A stretch of 64,000 nucleotides of DNA from Phycisphaerae bacterium. Lineage in GTDB: Bacteria > Planctomycetota > Phycisphaerae > UBA1845. The notes under the pieces were generated by a model that searched no databases, was not told the origin of the DNA, and saw only the letters and a list, made by a program, of their open reading frames with translations. The position numbers and the translations under genes were made by a program. Every line of letters starts with the position of its first letter. Within the stretch, counting starts at the first letter, position 1. The DNA lies in contig CAXXGO010000001.1 in NCBI GenBank assembly GCA_963666835.2, positions 1,888,001 through 1,952,000 on the forward strand, read 5' to 3'. Shown piece by piece: positions 48,124 to 58,399 of this stretch.

Positions 48124-48454
48124 GGTCCTCGGCCTTGTCTTTCTAACTGCCTTGCTTCGCCCGATGGGCGGTGAATCCTGATAACTGACGAAACCGGTCC
48201 GCCTCTCCCCGACGGGTGCAGACCGACTGAGACCGGAGCGGTCCCAGCGGGACGTTGTACCCGCTCGGGACGTTCGGCTCAATCCCCGGCACCGCTGCTC
48301 GAAGATGCCTTACCGGGGGAGGCCCGATTGCCCGCTGCACCCACGACCCGGCCCGCGGGGGTGATTCGGTAGGCAAAACGCGCGTTTCTGTGGTAGGATC
48401 GTGTTGTCAACGAGGTGAGTCGGTGGACTTTTTTGCTCGCGCGGGAGGATTTCC

Positions 48455-50638
48455 GTGGTACTAAGAACGCTGTCCGAGAGGTGTTGGATGGGCTCGGTTT
48501 CGCTCGGAGCCTTGGCCTTTTTGCTTTCAATTGCATCGTGCGGCAGACCGCACGCGTTTGACCCCGCCGATTACCCGGTCGCTTACAAGGGCGACACGGT
48601 GGACGTGTTGCACGGGATCGAAGTGGCCGACCCATATCGGTGGCTCGAGGACGAGCAGAGCGCGGAGACCCAAGCCTGGGTCGATCGCCAGAACCAGTTG
48701 ACGCACGACACTCTCGCTCCGTTTGCCAAGATCCGCGAGAAGATCGCCGCCGAGCTGGAGTCCGTCTACGGGGTGGACTCCGTATCCAATATTCATCCGC
48801 ACGGGGACCGCTATTTCATGCTTAAGAGGGCCGGGCTGGAGAACCACTCGCGGCTGCTGGCCGCCGAGGGCGTCTGCACGGGCAAGCCGCACGTCGTAAT
48901 CGACCCGAACACGTTCAGCGCTGACGGAACCGTGGCAATGGACTGGTGGTTCCCGTCGCCCGATGGATCGCTGATCGCCTACGGTAAGTCGGCGGGCGGC
49001 TCGGAGAGGAGCACGTTGTACATCCGAGATGTTGCGAAGGGCACGGACCTTCCTGACGTCATCCCCTATACGCAATACTGCGAGGTCGCATGGAACAAGG
49101 CCGGGACCGGGTTCTTCTATAACCGCTCGCCCGACCCGGCAACCGTGCCTGCGGGTGAAGAGAATTTCCACATGCGGGTCTACTTCCATCGCGTGGGAAC
49201 CGAGTATACCGAGGACCGCTACGTCTGGGGGAAGGGGCGCCCGATCGATGAGGAGCCCCGCCCTTATGCGTCGAGCGATCACCAGTACATGTTGCTCAAT
49301 TTCTTCCGCGATCCTTCAGAAAACGAACTCTACTTCGGCAGCATGGATAGCACGGCACCGCTGAAACCGGTGGCGGAGGGGCTCGGCGCGATTACCACGG
49401 GTGATGTTGTGGACGGGCAGTTGTTTCTGCGTACCAACTACCAGGCCCCGCGGTTTCGGATCTGCACGACCAGTGTGGACAAGCCGGCCCCCGAGCATTG
49501 GCGAGATCTGATTCCGCAACAGAAAGGGGTTATCGACGGCTTTTCGATCATCGATCGGAAGATCATCGTGCATCTTACCGAGGACGTCCACTCGCGCCTG
49601 CTCGTGTATAGCCTCGCCGGGAAGCTGATCGACGAAGTACCGCTACCGGGTGCGGGGACGGTTACCAGCTATCAGTCGGGGATCGGCACGGTTCGCAGTT
49701 TCACCGGTTCGCTCGATCAGCCCGGACTGTTCTTTACCTTCGCCTCTTGGGTAGTGCCTACGACAACGTACCGTTATGACCTACGTGCCAAGAAGTTGGA
49801 GGTGCTGCACCAGTGCGAGTGCCCGGTCGATCTTCGCCGGTACGCGACCAGGCAGATCTGGTTCGAGTCCAAAGACGGCACGCGCGTCCCCATGTTCGTT
49901 GTGGCCGACAAGGATATCAAACTCGATGGCAACAACCCCACGCTGCTGTACGGATATGGCGGCTTCAACTCGAGCTTCTTCCCGTACTACCGCCCGCGGA
50001 TCATCCCGTTCCTCGAACGCGGCGGTGTGTGGGTGCTGGCCAACATTCGAGGCGGTGGCGAGCTGGGGCAAGATTGGCATGACGGCGGTCGTCGGGCTAA
50101 CAAGCAGAACTGCTTCGACGATTTCTACGCCGCGGGCGAGAAGCTGATCGAGCTGGGCTACACGCGACCCGAGAGGCTGGCCTGTAAGGGCGGCAGCAAC
50201 GGCGGCCTGCTGATCGGGGCGGCGGTGGTACAGCGTCCGGACCTGTTCCAGGCGGCGTTGTCGCAGGTGCCGCTTATGGACATGTTACGGTTCCATCTTT
50301 GGGGCATGGGGGCGCAATGGGTTCATGAGTACGGTGACCCGCAGGATCCTGACGAGTTCAGTTGGGTATTCGGCTACTCGCCGTATCACAACGTGTGCGA
50401 CGGGGTCGACTATCCGGCCACGTTGATTGTGACCGCCGAGGGGGATAACCGGGTCGATACGGCCCACTCTTACAAGATGACCGCGCGCTTGCAGGAAGCC
50501 ACCTCGGGCACCCGGCCGATCCTGCTCCGCGTAGAGCGAAAGGCCGGCCACGGCGCCGGCAAGCCGCTTTCTATGCGGATTCTGAACCAAAGTGAGGATT
50601 GGGCGTTTCTGATGTGGCAACTCGGCATGCTCGATTGA
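48455..50638 (+). CDS. prolyl oligopeptidase (S9A), probable lipoprotein
   Basis: DPYRWLED, SKDGTRVP, YGYGGF, GGSNGGL, DNRV, AGHG; lipobox IASC. Confidence 0.93.
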   Translation: MVLRTLSERCWMGSVSLGALAFLLSIASCGRPHAFDPADYPVAYKGDTVDVLHGIEVADPYRWLEDEQSAETQAWVDRQNQLTHDTLAPFAKIREKIAAELESVYGVDSVSNIHPHGDRYFMLKRAGLENHSRLLAAEGVCTGKPHVVIDPNTFSADGTVAMDWWFPSPDGSLIAYGKSAGGSERSTLYIRDVAKGTDLPDVIPYTQYCEVAWNKAGTGFFYNRSPDPATVPAGEENFHMRVYFHRVGTEYTEDRYVWGKGRPIDEEPRPYASSDHQYMLLNFFRDPSENELYFGSMDSTAPLKPVAEGLGAITTGDVVDGQLFLRTNYQAPRFRICTTSVDKPAPEHWRDLIPQQKGVIDGFSIIDRKIIVHLTEDVHSRLLVYSLAGKLIDEVPLPGAGTVTSYQSGIGTVRSFTGSLDQPGLFFTFASWVVPTTTYRYDLRAKKLEVLHQCECPVDLRRYATRQIWFESKDGTRVPMFVVADKDIKLDGNNPTLLYGYGGFNSSFFPYYRPRIIPFLERGGVWVLANIRGGGELGQDWHDGGRRANKQNCFDDFYAAGEKLIELGYTRPERLACKGGSNGGLLIGAAVVQRPDLFQAALSQVPLMDMLRFHLWGMGAQWVHEYGDPQDPDEFSWVFGYSPYHNVCDGVDYPATLIVTAEGDNRVDTAHSYKMTARLQEATSGTRPILLRVERKAGHGAGKPLSMRILNQSEDWAFLMWQLGMLD

Positions 50639-50640
50639 GC

Positions 50641-51534
50641 CACTGCCGTACCAATGGCACCAGGGCCACGTCGCACGTGCGTTCTCGGGTGTGCCACTGC
50701 CCCTCTGTGCAGCGGGTCTGCCACTGCTCTTGAGCAGTGCAGCTTGGGTGGCATGGGTCAACTTGTTGACCCGTGTTATGCTCCTGCGGCAGTTTGTAGG
50801 GCACGGTCGAGGTACGAGACCTGCCGTTGTTCTCGCGTAGAGCAGGCATTCCTGCCTGCAGTCCTTGTGCGACGTGCATTTTCCGAACGTACGCCGGCGT
50901 TTCATAGCAAAGCCCAGCGTAAACGAAGCGGCGCAGCCGCTTTAGTGCCACCCTGGGTCACATAGCCCCCTGGGGCACCAACCCCGAAGTGGGTTGAACA
51001 ATGACTGTCCCGTCAGGGACATAAGCTTGTAGGGCAGGTCGAGGCACGAGACCTGCCGCAGCGGTGTGTGTCGTATGAAGGCCTAACCGTGCCAGAACGC
51101 CGTGCGTTAGACTGTCCCGTCAGGGACATAAGGCATGTAGCCACGGGTGCACCGCAGCGAAACCCGTGGGGACGATCGGCTCTTTCAACGGGCCGCCCCG
51201 AAGGGCCGGAGGATGGTGGGTTCAATCCTACAGATACCGCGCAAAGATTATGTGGAGAGGCAATCGCATTAGCGTGCCGGGCATGCGTTCTTCGCCCGCC
51301 CGCTTCGGGGCGGCATAGTGTTTGAGGTCTTTGCCATCCACGAGTTCCGCTTCGCTCCACTCGTGGCCACGTGCCCGCGCCCCTGTCGGGGCGAGAGAAC
51401 GACTGAGTTCACATCAGCGCGCTTTGAGGCACAAGCATAACTCAATATACAGCCGGTTCAGAGGTGGGGACTCGAAAAGCTATGGAGGATTACGCAAAGA
51501 CCATGGCAGGTCTCGTGCCTCGACCGTGCCCTAC
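50641..51534. repeat. mosaic of REP/MITE-like palindromic repeats
   Basis: GTAG-headed REPs at 50796-50826(+), 51029-51058(+) and 51505-51534(-); TGTCCCGTCAGGGACA twice; GGGTGGCATGGGTCAACTTGTTGACCCGTG; nested inverted element at about 51114-51392. Confidence 0.8.
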
Positions 51535-51598
51535 AAGCCGCCCCAAGACAGTGGCGGACCCGCCAAACGCGCTCCGGTGGCATCGGCACCCGACATAA

Positions 51599-51928
51599 TC
51601 ACTTCGCCGGGGGCTCGTATCTCTCGTAGTAGCCCAGGACCCGGCCGTTGGGGTCGCGGACGACACGCATGAAGATGCGGTGTTTCTTGTTGTCGGTGAT
51701 GAGCCGTTCGTCCTCCCCGGCGTGCATGGCGGACAGGATCTCGATCATCTGCCGGCGAGACTGCTCGTTGTGGCAATCCAGCACGGACCGGCCGAGCAGG
51801 TCCGCACCGTCATCGTAATGAGCGATTGCCGCTTTGTTCATATATTGAATAACGTGGTCCGTGTCGGCGAACAGAAACGGATCCTTGATGCTGTCAAGGA
51901 GGGCGGCCATCAACGATGCGTCTATCAT
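51599..51928 (-). CDS. stand-alone PAS domain protein
   Basis: LLDSIKDPFLFAD..IQYMNKAA..LLGRSVLDCH..VRDPNGRVLGY. RBS AAGGAG. Confidence 0.85.
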   Translation of the reverse strand: MIDASLMAALLDSIKDPFLFADTDHVIQYMNKAAIAHYDDGADLLGRSVLDCHNEQSRRQMIEILSAMHAGEDERLITDNKKHRIFMRVVRDPNGRVLGYYERYEPPAK

Positions 51929-52111
51929 GATATCTCCTTGTATGGGTCCGACGAGAATGATAGCGGATGCTCGCAGCGGTGCTACCGGATCGGGCGTTGA
52001 TGGCGGGGGTCGATATTCTCACCGGATAGGACGGGTGGCCAACCTCTTGGCGCTGCGGACGGGGTTGAGGTCCAAGGCCTGCCGCCAGAACGCGTGTCGC
52101 GCGAAGACCAA

Positions 52112-52142
52112 CGGCAGATCTCGTGCCTCGACGCTGCCCTAC
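52112..52142 (-). repeat. GTAG-family REP copy
   Basis: Reverse complement GTAGGGCAGCGTCGAGGCACGAGATCTGCCG, near-identical to the copies at 50796, 51029 and 51505. Confidence 0.8.
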
Positions 52143-53422
52143 ATCTGCTTGCGCTGCCCTATACAGGCCGCCGGGGTTATCCGTCGTACTGCAGATGCCT
52201 GCGTTACGGGGTCCAGCGAGTTGCGAGGGGCGGATCGGGTAACGGGGATTCCCTTGACGATTGCCTCGAACTTGTCGAGTTCTCTAATCCAGCAGTGATT
52301 CTCGATTACGAACCGGCGGGCGTTATGGCCGATGCGGGCGGCATCGGCGGAATTGGTCAACAGCCGAACGACATGGCTGACGGTGTCCGCGGTGGTGTCT
52401 GCGATGACATAGTCGGTTCCGTCCCGCCCGGCGATCCCCTCGGCCGCCGGACTCGTAAGGACCACCGGCCTTGCGGCAGCCATTGCTTCGAGGACCTTGT
52501 TCTGCAACCCCCGCCCGATCTGCATCGGGGCGACGCTCACGTTGAGGCGGGCGACATGTTCGAGGATGTTCTCCACTTTGCCGACGACCTGCACACCCGG
52601 GACGTTCGCCAGCCGGCGGATCTTCGGAGTCGGGGACTGCCCGATTACGCGAAATACCGCAGTGGGGCACGCTTGGCGGATCTCGGCCCAACATTGCTCG
52701 ACGAACCAGAGCACGGCGTCAACATTTGGGCGGTAGTCCATCACGCCGACGAAGCCGACTGCCGGCGGGCCGGTTGCCGACGCGAGAGCGTCGTTCAGAT
52801 CGGGCACGACGACGCCGTTACCCACAATGCGGACCTTGCTTTGCAGTGAAGACGTTTCGAGCAGGTTGGCCTCGGCCTGGGTTATCAGGATCGCGGCGTC
52901 GAAGGCCTCAATCCATGCCTTCTCCCGCTCCGCCAGCCGGCGCCCCTCGATCTGATAGAGCCATTTTCCCGGGCCTGATGACGCTGCGGCGTAGTCCAGC
53001 CACTTACGGCTGTCCAGGTCGCACAGGTCCAGAATGTGTCGACCGGCCGGCACTCGCAAGGCGTGCGGGGCCATACTGGACGAGAATGCGACCACGGCAT
53101 CAAAGCGTATGTCCTGCGCCCAGCGGTGCAGGGTGCTTCGCATGACACGGTTATCGTAGGCAGTTTCGGTAACCGTGCGCCCGGTCGCCAAGCCGAGCAA
53201 TCCTCGGGCCTTCATGCGGATTCGTGACAGCCGGACCGCATGGACTTCCTGGCAGTACTCCCGCAACTGCTCGACGTACTGTTCATCGCCGGCGCGATCG
53301 ACGAAGCAAGCGCACCATACGCGATGGTGTCTGGTCAAGTGCTCAAGCTGGCGAAAGGCCCGCAGTTTGTCACCTTTGTCCGGTGGAAATGGTATGCGGT
53401 GAGCAAGATAGAGTATGTTCAT
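52139..53422 (-). CDS. PEP-CTERM/XrtA system glycosyltransferase (TIGR03087-like)
   Basis: MNILYLAHRIPFPPDKGDKLR, FSSSMA, DLDSRKW, MDYRPNVDAV, GLQNKVLEAMA. Confidence 0.9.
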   Translation of the reverse strand: MNILYLAHRIPFPPDKGDKLRAFRQLEHLTRHHRVWCACFVDRAGDEQYVEQLREYCQEVHAVRLSRIRMKARGLLGLATGRTVTETAYDNRVMRSTLHRWAQDIRFDAVVAFSSSMAPHALRVPAGRHILDLCDLDSRKWLDYAAASSGPGKWLYQIEGRRLAEREKAWIEAFDAAILITQAEANLLETSSLQSKVRIVGNGVVVPDLNDALASATGPPAVGFVGVMDYRPNVDAVLWFVEQCWAEIRQACPTAVFRVIGQSPTPKIRRLANVPGVQVVGKVENILEHVARLNVSVAPMQIGRGLQNKVLEAMAAARPVVLTSPAAEGIAGRDGTDYVIADTTADTVSHVVRLLTNSADAARIGHNARRFVIENHCWIRELDKFEAIVKGIPVTRSAPRNSLDPVTQASAVRRITPAACIGQRKQM

Positions 53423-53426
53423 AATC

Positions 53427-54530
53427 TCACCCCGGGATATGCCCGGACAGATGGGCCCCCAACGGGCGGGTCAGCCATAGTGGAAGACGCGGCCACACCG
53501 TGCGGGCGAGACGGAATCGCGGGTTGGCGGGCGAAAGGTCAGGCCGTGCGGTGTTCGGCGGTATGTATATCTGATACTCGAGCGGCCGGGGCGCGAAGCC
53601 CTGGAAACGCTTGAAATCAAAGCTGCCGGAGTTATCACGCCGGGTCCGTCCAAAGTCGAAGACCCGGTAGCCCTCTTCCACTCCGCGTTCCATCGCGCAG
53701 AGATAGATGAAGTTAGCGGCGCTGCAGCGCTTTGCGGCGCTGGTGGTGCCGAGAAAGTAGGGCATCACCCGGTCCTTGTGGAGCAGCGTTACCAGACCGG
53801 CTACCGGCCGTCCTTTGTGTCGTACCACTGACACCCAATGCCGCCCCGGGGTGTGTTCGATGATCCGCTCGAAGAACTGCCGCGGGTAATTCACGGAAGC
53901 GAGCCGGCGCATGCTGATAGAGTAGAGTCGCCAGACTTCGCGGAGCTGATCGTCCCCGTACGTTATTGTAAGTCGGTACTTGTCCCGGGCGTTCCGCGCC
54001 GCAGCTCGGGCTTTCCGAGGCAGCGCCTGCAATACGCCTTCGACCGTATCGGGTAGTTCGCGCCGAAAGCCCACATGAGTGTTGCCGGTGGGAATGTCCG
54101 GCACCATTGCCCGTTCGCTGCGCATGTCGATACAGGAACATCGTTGCTCTTTGCAGACCTGTAGTGCAGCTTGGAACAAGGTCTCTGCCGTTTCGTCGCT
54201 ATCGGCCAGGATACCCCCACCCACCCCGTACGGCACACTGATCAACATACGCCCGCCCAAAAGGCTGTTCATCAGGAAGAGCGGGAACACCCCGGCAATG
54301 TCGGTATCACGCCGGGCAATGAAGTAAAACGCCTCGTGCCCGAACGTATCTCGGACGGCGTCGTGCCAGGCAATGGTGTGGAAGACGGTCCCGTCCGGGT
54401 GAGCTGCGACGAAGCGATCCCAGGCGGGGCGATCCGCGGGAGTTATGCGGCTCACTCGACAGCCGCCCGGTCCGGTGGCCCGAACCGGGCGGATGACCGG
54501 GTCGTCCAATGTCGGGGCGACGCTAGACAC
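53427..54530 (-). CDS. FemAB-like XrtA/PEP-CTERM system-associated protein
   Basis: WDRFV, SVPYGVGGG, PRKARAAARN, FDFGRTR, FKRFQG, LSPANP. GTG follows GAGGAGG. Confidence 0.85.
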   Translation of the reverse strand: MSSVAPTLDDPVIRPVRATGPGGCRVSRITPADRPAWDRFVAAHPDGTVFHTIAWHDAVRDTFGHEAFYFIARRDTDIAGVFPLFLMNSLLGGRMLISVPYGVGGGILADSDETAETLFQAALQVCKEQRCSCIDMRSERAMVPDIPTGNTHVGFRRELPDTVEGVLQALPRKARAAARNARDKYRLTITYGDDQLREVWRLYSISMRRLASVNYPRQFFERIIEHTPGRHWVSVVRHKGRPVAGLVTLLHKDRVMPYFLGTTSAAKRCSAANFIYLCAMERGVEEGYRVFDFGRTRRDNSGSFDFKRFQGFAPRPLEYQIYIPPNTARPDLSPANPRFRLARTVWPRLPLWLTRPLGAHLSGHIPG

Positions 54531-55905
54531 CGGCGACCACCTCCTCGGGTTGTCGATCACCGGAAGGGCGTACGTGGGATACGACGTAGCGGTACTTGCC
54601 GGAGTCTGCGGTATCGATCCGGTCGACCATTCTAACATCGACGGCCACTTGCCGGCCCAAGACCGGCAGCACCCGCCGTGAGACCGCCTCGCGCGTGATT
54701 CGCTCCCGCCGGCCGTCGCAGATTACGTCAATGGTGACCGCGTAATCGGCGTGTTGCGTAACCCGAAACTGGCGCATGCCGACCATGCTTCGTAGCGGAT
54801 AGATAATCGACAGAGCGTGTTGGATTGTGCCATCGGGAAGGTACAGGAAATCCGTCGTGCGGCCCTGGACGACATCCATCATCGGGAGACCGCGACCACA
54901 CTCGCACCGACCGGGCTTGAGCCGGCCGACGTCCCCGGTGCGATAGCGGATAAAGGGCATCGCATAGGCGTCCAAGTGAGTAACCACGATCTCGCCGGCA
55001 TGTCCTGGTGGCACCGGCTTGTCTCCTTGGACGATTTCCACGATCACGTTTTCGGCGGTCAGGTGCATATTGCCGGCCGGGCACTCGTGGGCGATGAACC
55101 CCGCCTCGCGGCTGCCGTAGCAATCCGCGACCGGCACGCCGTAGAACGAGCGGATAGTCTCCCGGTGGTGTGGATAACAAACTTCCCCCGTGACGAAGAC
55201 CGCGCGTAGCGAGCGGATGTCGAGACTCCGATCAGCGGCGCGGGCGTGTTCAGCGAGCAGGGCGAGCGTGCTGGGGTATCCGAACAGGCAGGCCGGGCGA
55301 TCTCGTTCGATGGTGGCGAGATAACGATCCATACGCGGCGGGGACATATCGAACGCATTCAACAGGCGGTGATTGAGCAGCCAATCACGAGCCTGCTTGA
55401 TCCGGTCTGTCCCATTCAACTCGATCGGGGAACCCCACAAGAAGGTCTCGCGGTCGCCGATGTCTACGCCAAACCAACGATGGGTGCGAATCCGGGCCGC
55501 CTGGTCGTATCCTTGACGACGCCGATCGGTGAAGAAGATCAGCGGAGTCCCGCTCGACCCGCCGGTGTTGTACGGGAAGAGCCCTTTCGGGGAATCTCGC
55601 CACAGCATGTCATCAAGCGATGTACGGATCTCGTCTTTGACTAGAAACGGGATCTGCGCAAGCGCGGCAAGAGGGTCGTTGTGGTCGAGGTCCACGTTAG
55701 CCTGGCGGAAGCGTCTTCCGTAGAACAGGGTGTTGTCCCAGGCATGCCGCAACAACGCAAACGCCTTACGTTGCTGCAACGCAGACAACGCATCCGGCGA
55801 GGACCATTGCGATTCTTCCAACTCCCGGACGTTTCGCCGCGTCCTTCGGCCGAGCAGCCGCTCGTGCGCCGGAAAAACAAGATGGCGGGCAATGAACGGT
55901 AGCAT
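54523..55905 (-). CDS. phenylacetate-CoA ligase family protein (CapK-like)
   Basis: TGGSSGTP, GYPS, TGE, YGSREAG, MPFIRYRTGD, GR, SGKYR. Confidence 0.88.
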   Translation of the reverse strand: MLPFIARHLVFPAHERLLGRRTRRNVRELEESQWSSPDALSALQQRKAFALLRHAWDNTLFYGRRFRQANVDLDHNDPLAALAQIPFLVKDEIRTSLDDMLWRDSPKGLFPYNTGGSSGTPLIFFTDRRRQGYDQAARIRTHRWFGVDIGDRETFLWGSPIELNGTDRIKQARDWLLNHRLLNAFDMSPPRMDRYLATIERDRPACLFGYPSTLALLAEHARAADRSLDIRSLRAVFVTGEVCYPHHRETIRSFYGVPVADCYGSREAGFIAHECPAGNMHLTAENVIVEIVQGDKPVPPGHAGEIVVTHLDAYAMPFIRYRTGDVGRLKPGRCECGRGLPMMDVVQGRTTDFLYLPDGTIQHALSIIYPLRSMVGMRQFRVTQHADYAVTIDVICDGRRERITREAVSRRVLPVLGRQVAVDVRMVDRIDTADSGKYRYVVSHVRPSGDRQPEEVVAGV

Positions 55906-56275
55906 CCGGACAGCACTCCGCGCGCATCGACAAGAGGCGCCTCTTAGTCCCGCGAGGGCGTATCGATGCCGAACATCCCTGACGCGTGTATTATCGGCAG
56001 TTAAGGGGTGGCAGGTTGGCTAGGGCCGGCTTCGGTGGCTGGAAATGGAGCCCGGATGTGATGCTCGCCCGCGGAATCCGAGCGGATTGTGCCCCGGGCC
56101 TGGTCTTACCCGGCGAAGGAGGTGCAACCTCTTACTTAAGCGGAGATTAGGCGAAGACAGAAAGAGGTCGCTTAGGCCGAAACCGAGCCATTTTGGGGAA
56201 TAGAGAAAACCCGGCGCACAAGAACCGGTCCTGAGTCCGACGTTGTCGGCGACTCGGTCGTGCGTGTAGCTGGGT

Positions 56276-56662
56276 TTAATCGAGATTATCCACGAACTCG
56301 GCGTACGTCTTCGCATCCATCAGGGCGGTCAACGCGTCGAGGGACTCGGCCTTTAGCTTGACCAGCCAGCCGTCCTCGAATGCGTCGTCGTTGATCAACT
56401 CGGGGTGATCCACCAGCGCGGCATTCACCTCGACGATCGAGCCGGCCACAGCCGTTATGACCTCGGAGGTTGCTTTGACGGATTCAACCTCACCGAGGGT
56501 ATCACCGATCGCGAACGAGGCTCCGATTTCGGGGAGTTCCACGAAGGTGATGTCAGTGAGCTCATCTGCTGCGTACTGCGTGATGCCCACCGTCACGACA
56601 TCCTCATCCACGGCATACCACTCGTGTGTTTCGGAGTATTTCCGGTCGTTTGGGACGTCCAT
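56276..56662 (-). CDS. gcvH: glycine cleavage system H protein
   Basis: YSETHEW, GITQYA, lipoyl motif VESVKATSEV, GWLVK. Confidence 0.95.
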   Translation of the reverse strand: MDVPNDRKYSETHEWYAVDEDVVTVGITQYAADELTDITFVELPEIGASFAIGDTLGEVESVKATSEVITAVAGSIVEVNAALVDHPELINDDAFEDGWLVKLKAESLDALTALMDAKTYAEFVDNLD

Positions 56663-56718
56663 CGATCTTCCTTGGAGTATGGTGGAGCAGAGCCCCACGG
56701 GGTTCACACTGATAACAC

Positions 56719-57822
56719 TTAGGACGGCTTCGGACGTTTGTAGAAGGGGAGCTTGACGACGCGGGCGGGCTGTCGCCGGCCCTTGAAATCCACCTCCAGC
56801 TCCGTTCCAACTTCGGCGAATCCGGAATCGACGAAAGCCATCGCAATACTCTTGCCCAGCGTTGGGCTCATCGTTCCACTGGTGATCTCGCCAATCTCGC
56901 TGCCGTTACCGTACACTGCGTATTTATGCCGGGCAATCCGCCGCCCGTCCAGCTCAAGGCCGACGAGTTGGCGGGGAAGCCCCCGCTGCGCCAGATCCCG
57001 CATCGGCTCGACGCCGATGAAATCCTTGTTGAGATCTACACACCACGCTTGCCCCCCGGTCAAAGAGTCTATGTCTTCGCCCAACTCATGTCCGTAGAGA
57101 GGCATTCCCGCTTCGATCCGAAGCGTGTCACGAGCTCCCAGCCCGGCAGGCTTGATGACGGAGTGGGGGGCGTCCTTGGTTCCGAGCAGCTTGGGCGACA
57201 AAAGGCCGACCATCCCCGCCGGAAGAACCACTTCTACACCGTCTTCGCCGGTGTAGCCGCATCGGTAAACGGAGATCTTCGCCATGAAGTCGAACGTAGT
57301 GAAGCGGTAACGCTTCAGGTCCGCAAGGTCCTGTCCCGCTACCTCGCGGATCATGTCCATCGTCTTAGGGCCCTGTATGGCCAGCATGGCCGTATCTAGG
57401 GTCTCGTCTTTCAATGAGACGTTGTAGTCCGCGCTATGTTGTTCGATCCAGTTGACGATTTTGGTTCGATTGGCCCCGTTGCAGACTACGCCCCAGTGGT
57501 TCTCAAACCGCGAGGCGATGACATCGTCCAAGACGCCGCCGTCTTCCTTGCAGATGTGCGTGTAGTAGGATCGTCCGGGCTCCGCCTTTGCCAGGTTCCG
57601 CGTGCACAAGCGGTCGAGGAAGGCGTCGGCATCCTCGCCGCTAATCGAGAGCCTTCCCATGTGAGAGACGTCGAACACGCTGCAAGCGGTGCGAGTGTGG
57701 ACGTGCTCCTCGGTGATTCCGGCAAACGATACCGGCATGGACCATCCGAAGAACTCAACCATGCGTCCGCCCAACGCGAGATGCGTATCGTAGAGCGGTG
57801 TTTTCCGAAGTTCATCTTTCAT
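56719..57822 (-). CDS. gcvT: glycine cleavage system aminomethyltransferase
   Basis: KTPLYD, FDVSHMG, AIQGP, GYTGEDG, GLGARDTLRIEAG, ITSGTMSPTL. Confidence 0.95.
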   Translation of the reverse strand: MKDELRKTPLYDTHLALGGRMVEFFGWSMPVSFAGITEEHVHTRTACSVFDVSHMGRLSISGEDADAFLDRLCTRNLAKAEPGRSYYTHICKEDGGVLDDVIASRFENHWGVVCNGANRTKIVNWIEQHSADYNVSLKDETLDTAMLAIQGPKTMDMIREVAGQDLADLKRYRFTTFDFMAKISVYRCGYTGEDGVEVVLPAGMVGLLSPKLLGTKDAPHSVIKPAGLGARDTLRIEAGMPLYGHELGEDIDSLTGGQAWCVDLNKDFIGVEPMRDLAQRGLPRQLVGLELDGRRIARHKYAVYGNGSEIGEITSGTMSPTLGKSIAMAFVDSGFAEVGTELEVDFKGRRQPARVVKLPFYKRPKPS

Positions 57823-57878
57823 GAGTCAACAACCCCGCAGTAGCGGGGCGTTTATTCCCCCGCAGTATTTTGATCCGT

Positions 57879-57907
57879 ACGATAGAAACGCCCCGAGATC
57901 GTGTCAA
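57879..57907 (-). promoter_or_regulatory. sigma70-type promoter of gcvT-gcvH
   Basis: TTGACA-N17-TATCGT. Confidence 0.6.
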
Positions 57908-57981
57908 CGGGCTCTGAATTACGCTTCCGATGTCTGTGATTTCTGCCACAAAGTCTGCTTTACGCCTAGTTCACGTCGCGT

Positions 57982-58335
57982 TCACTTCGCGCAGTCCGCA
58001 GGAGCCGGAATCAGGCAGATGAACGCCAGCTTCTTCGGCCCGTCGTTGACGAACTGGTGTTTCTCGTTGGGAGGCACGTACAGGACATCTCCGGGTTGGC
58101 ACGGACGGTCGCCGTCCGCTGATTTCACCGTGCCCACCCCGTCAAGGACCAGCACTTCGTGCTCGAAATCGTGTGCGTGATGCGGAGTGTGTCCGCCCGG
58201 AGCGACCTCGAACTGCCGCATGTGGAAGTTCTTTGCGTTGTCCTCGGGCCCGATGAGCATCCGCATCTTCACGCCAACCGCCCCTTCCATCTGCACGTCG
58301 ATTAGTTCATGGCTCATCATCGGCTGGATTCTCAT
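57982..58335 (-). CDS. cupin domain protein
   Basis: PGGHTPHHAHDFEHEVLVLDG, PGDVLYVPPNEKHQF. Confidence 0.9.
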   Translation of the reverse strand: MRIQPMMSHELIDVQMEGAVGVKMRMLIGPEDNAKNFHMRQFEVAPGGHTPHHAHDFEHEVLVLDGVGTVKSADGDRPCQPGDVLYVPPNEKHQFVNDGPKKLAFICLIPAPADCAK

Positions 58336-58399
58336 GGCTGTAATCTCCAGGGGTTTGGACCTTGACCTCGCACTTCTGCGGGCGACAGGTCCATCGAGG

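Noticed and set aside
55906..56275. ncRNA or riboswitch in the gcvH-capK intergenic region
   Set aside because: No recognisable consensus by eye; an Rfam search would be needed.
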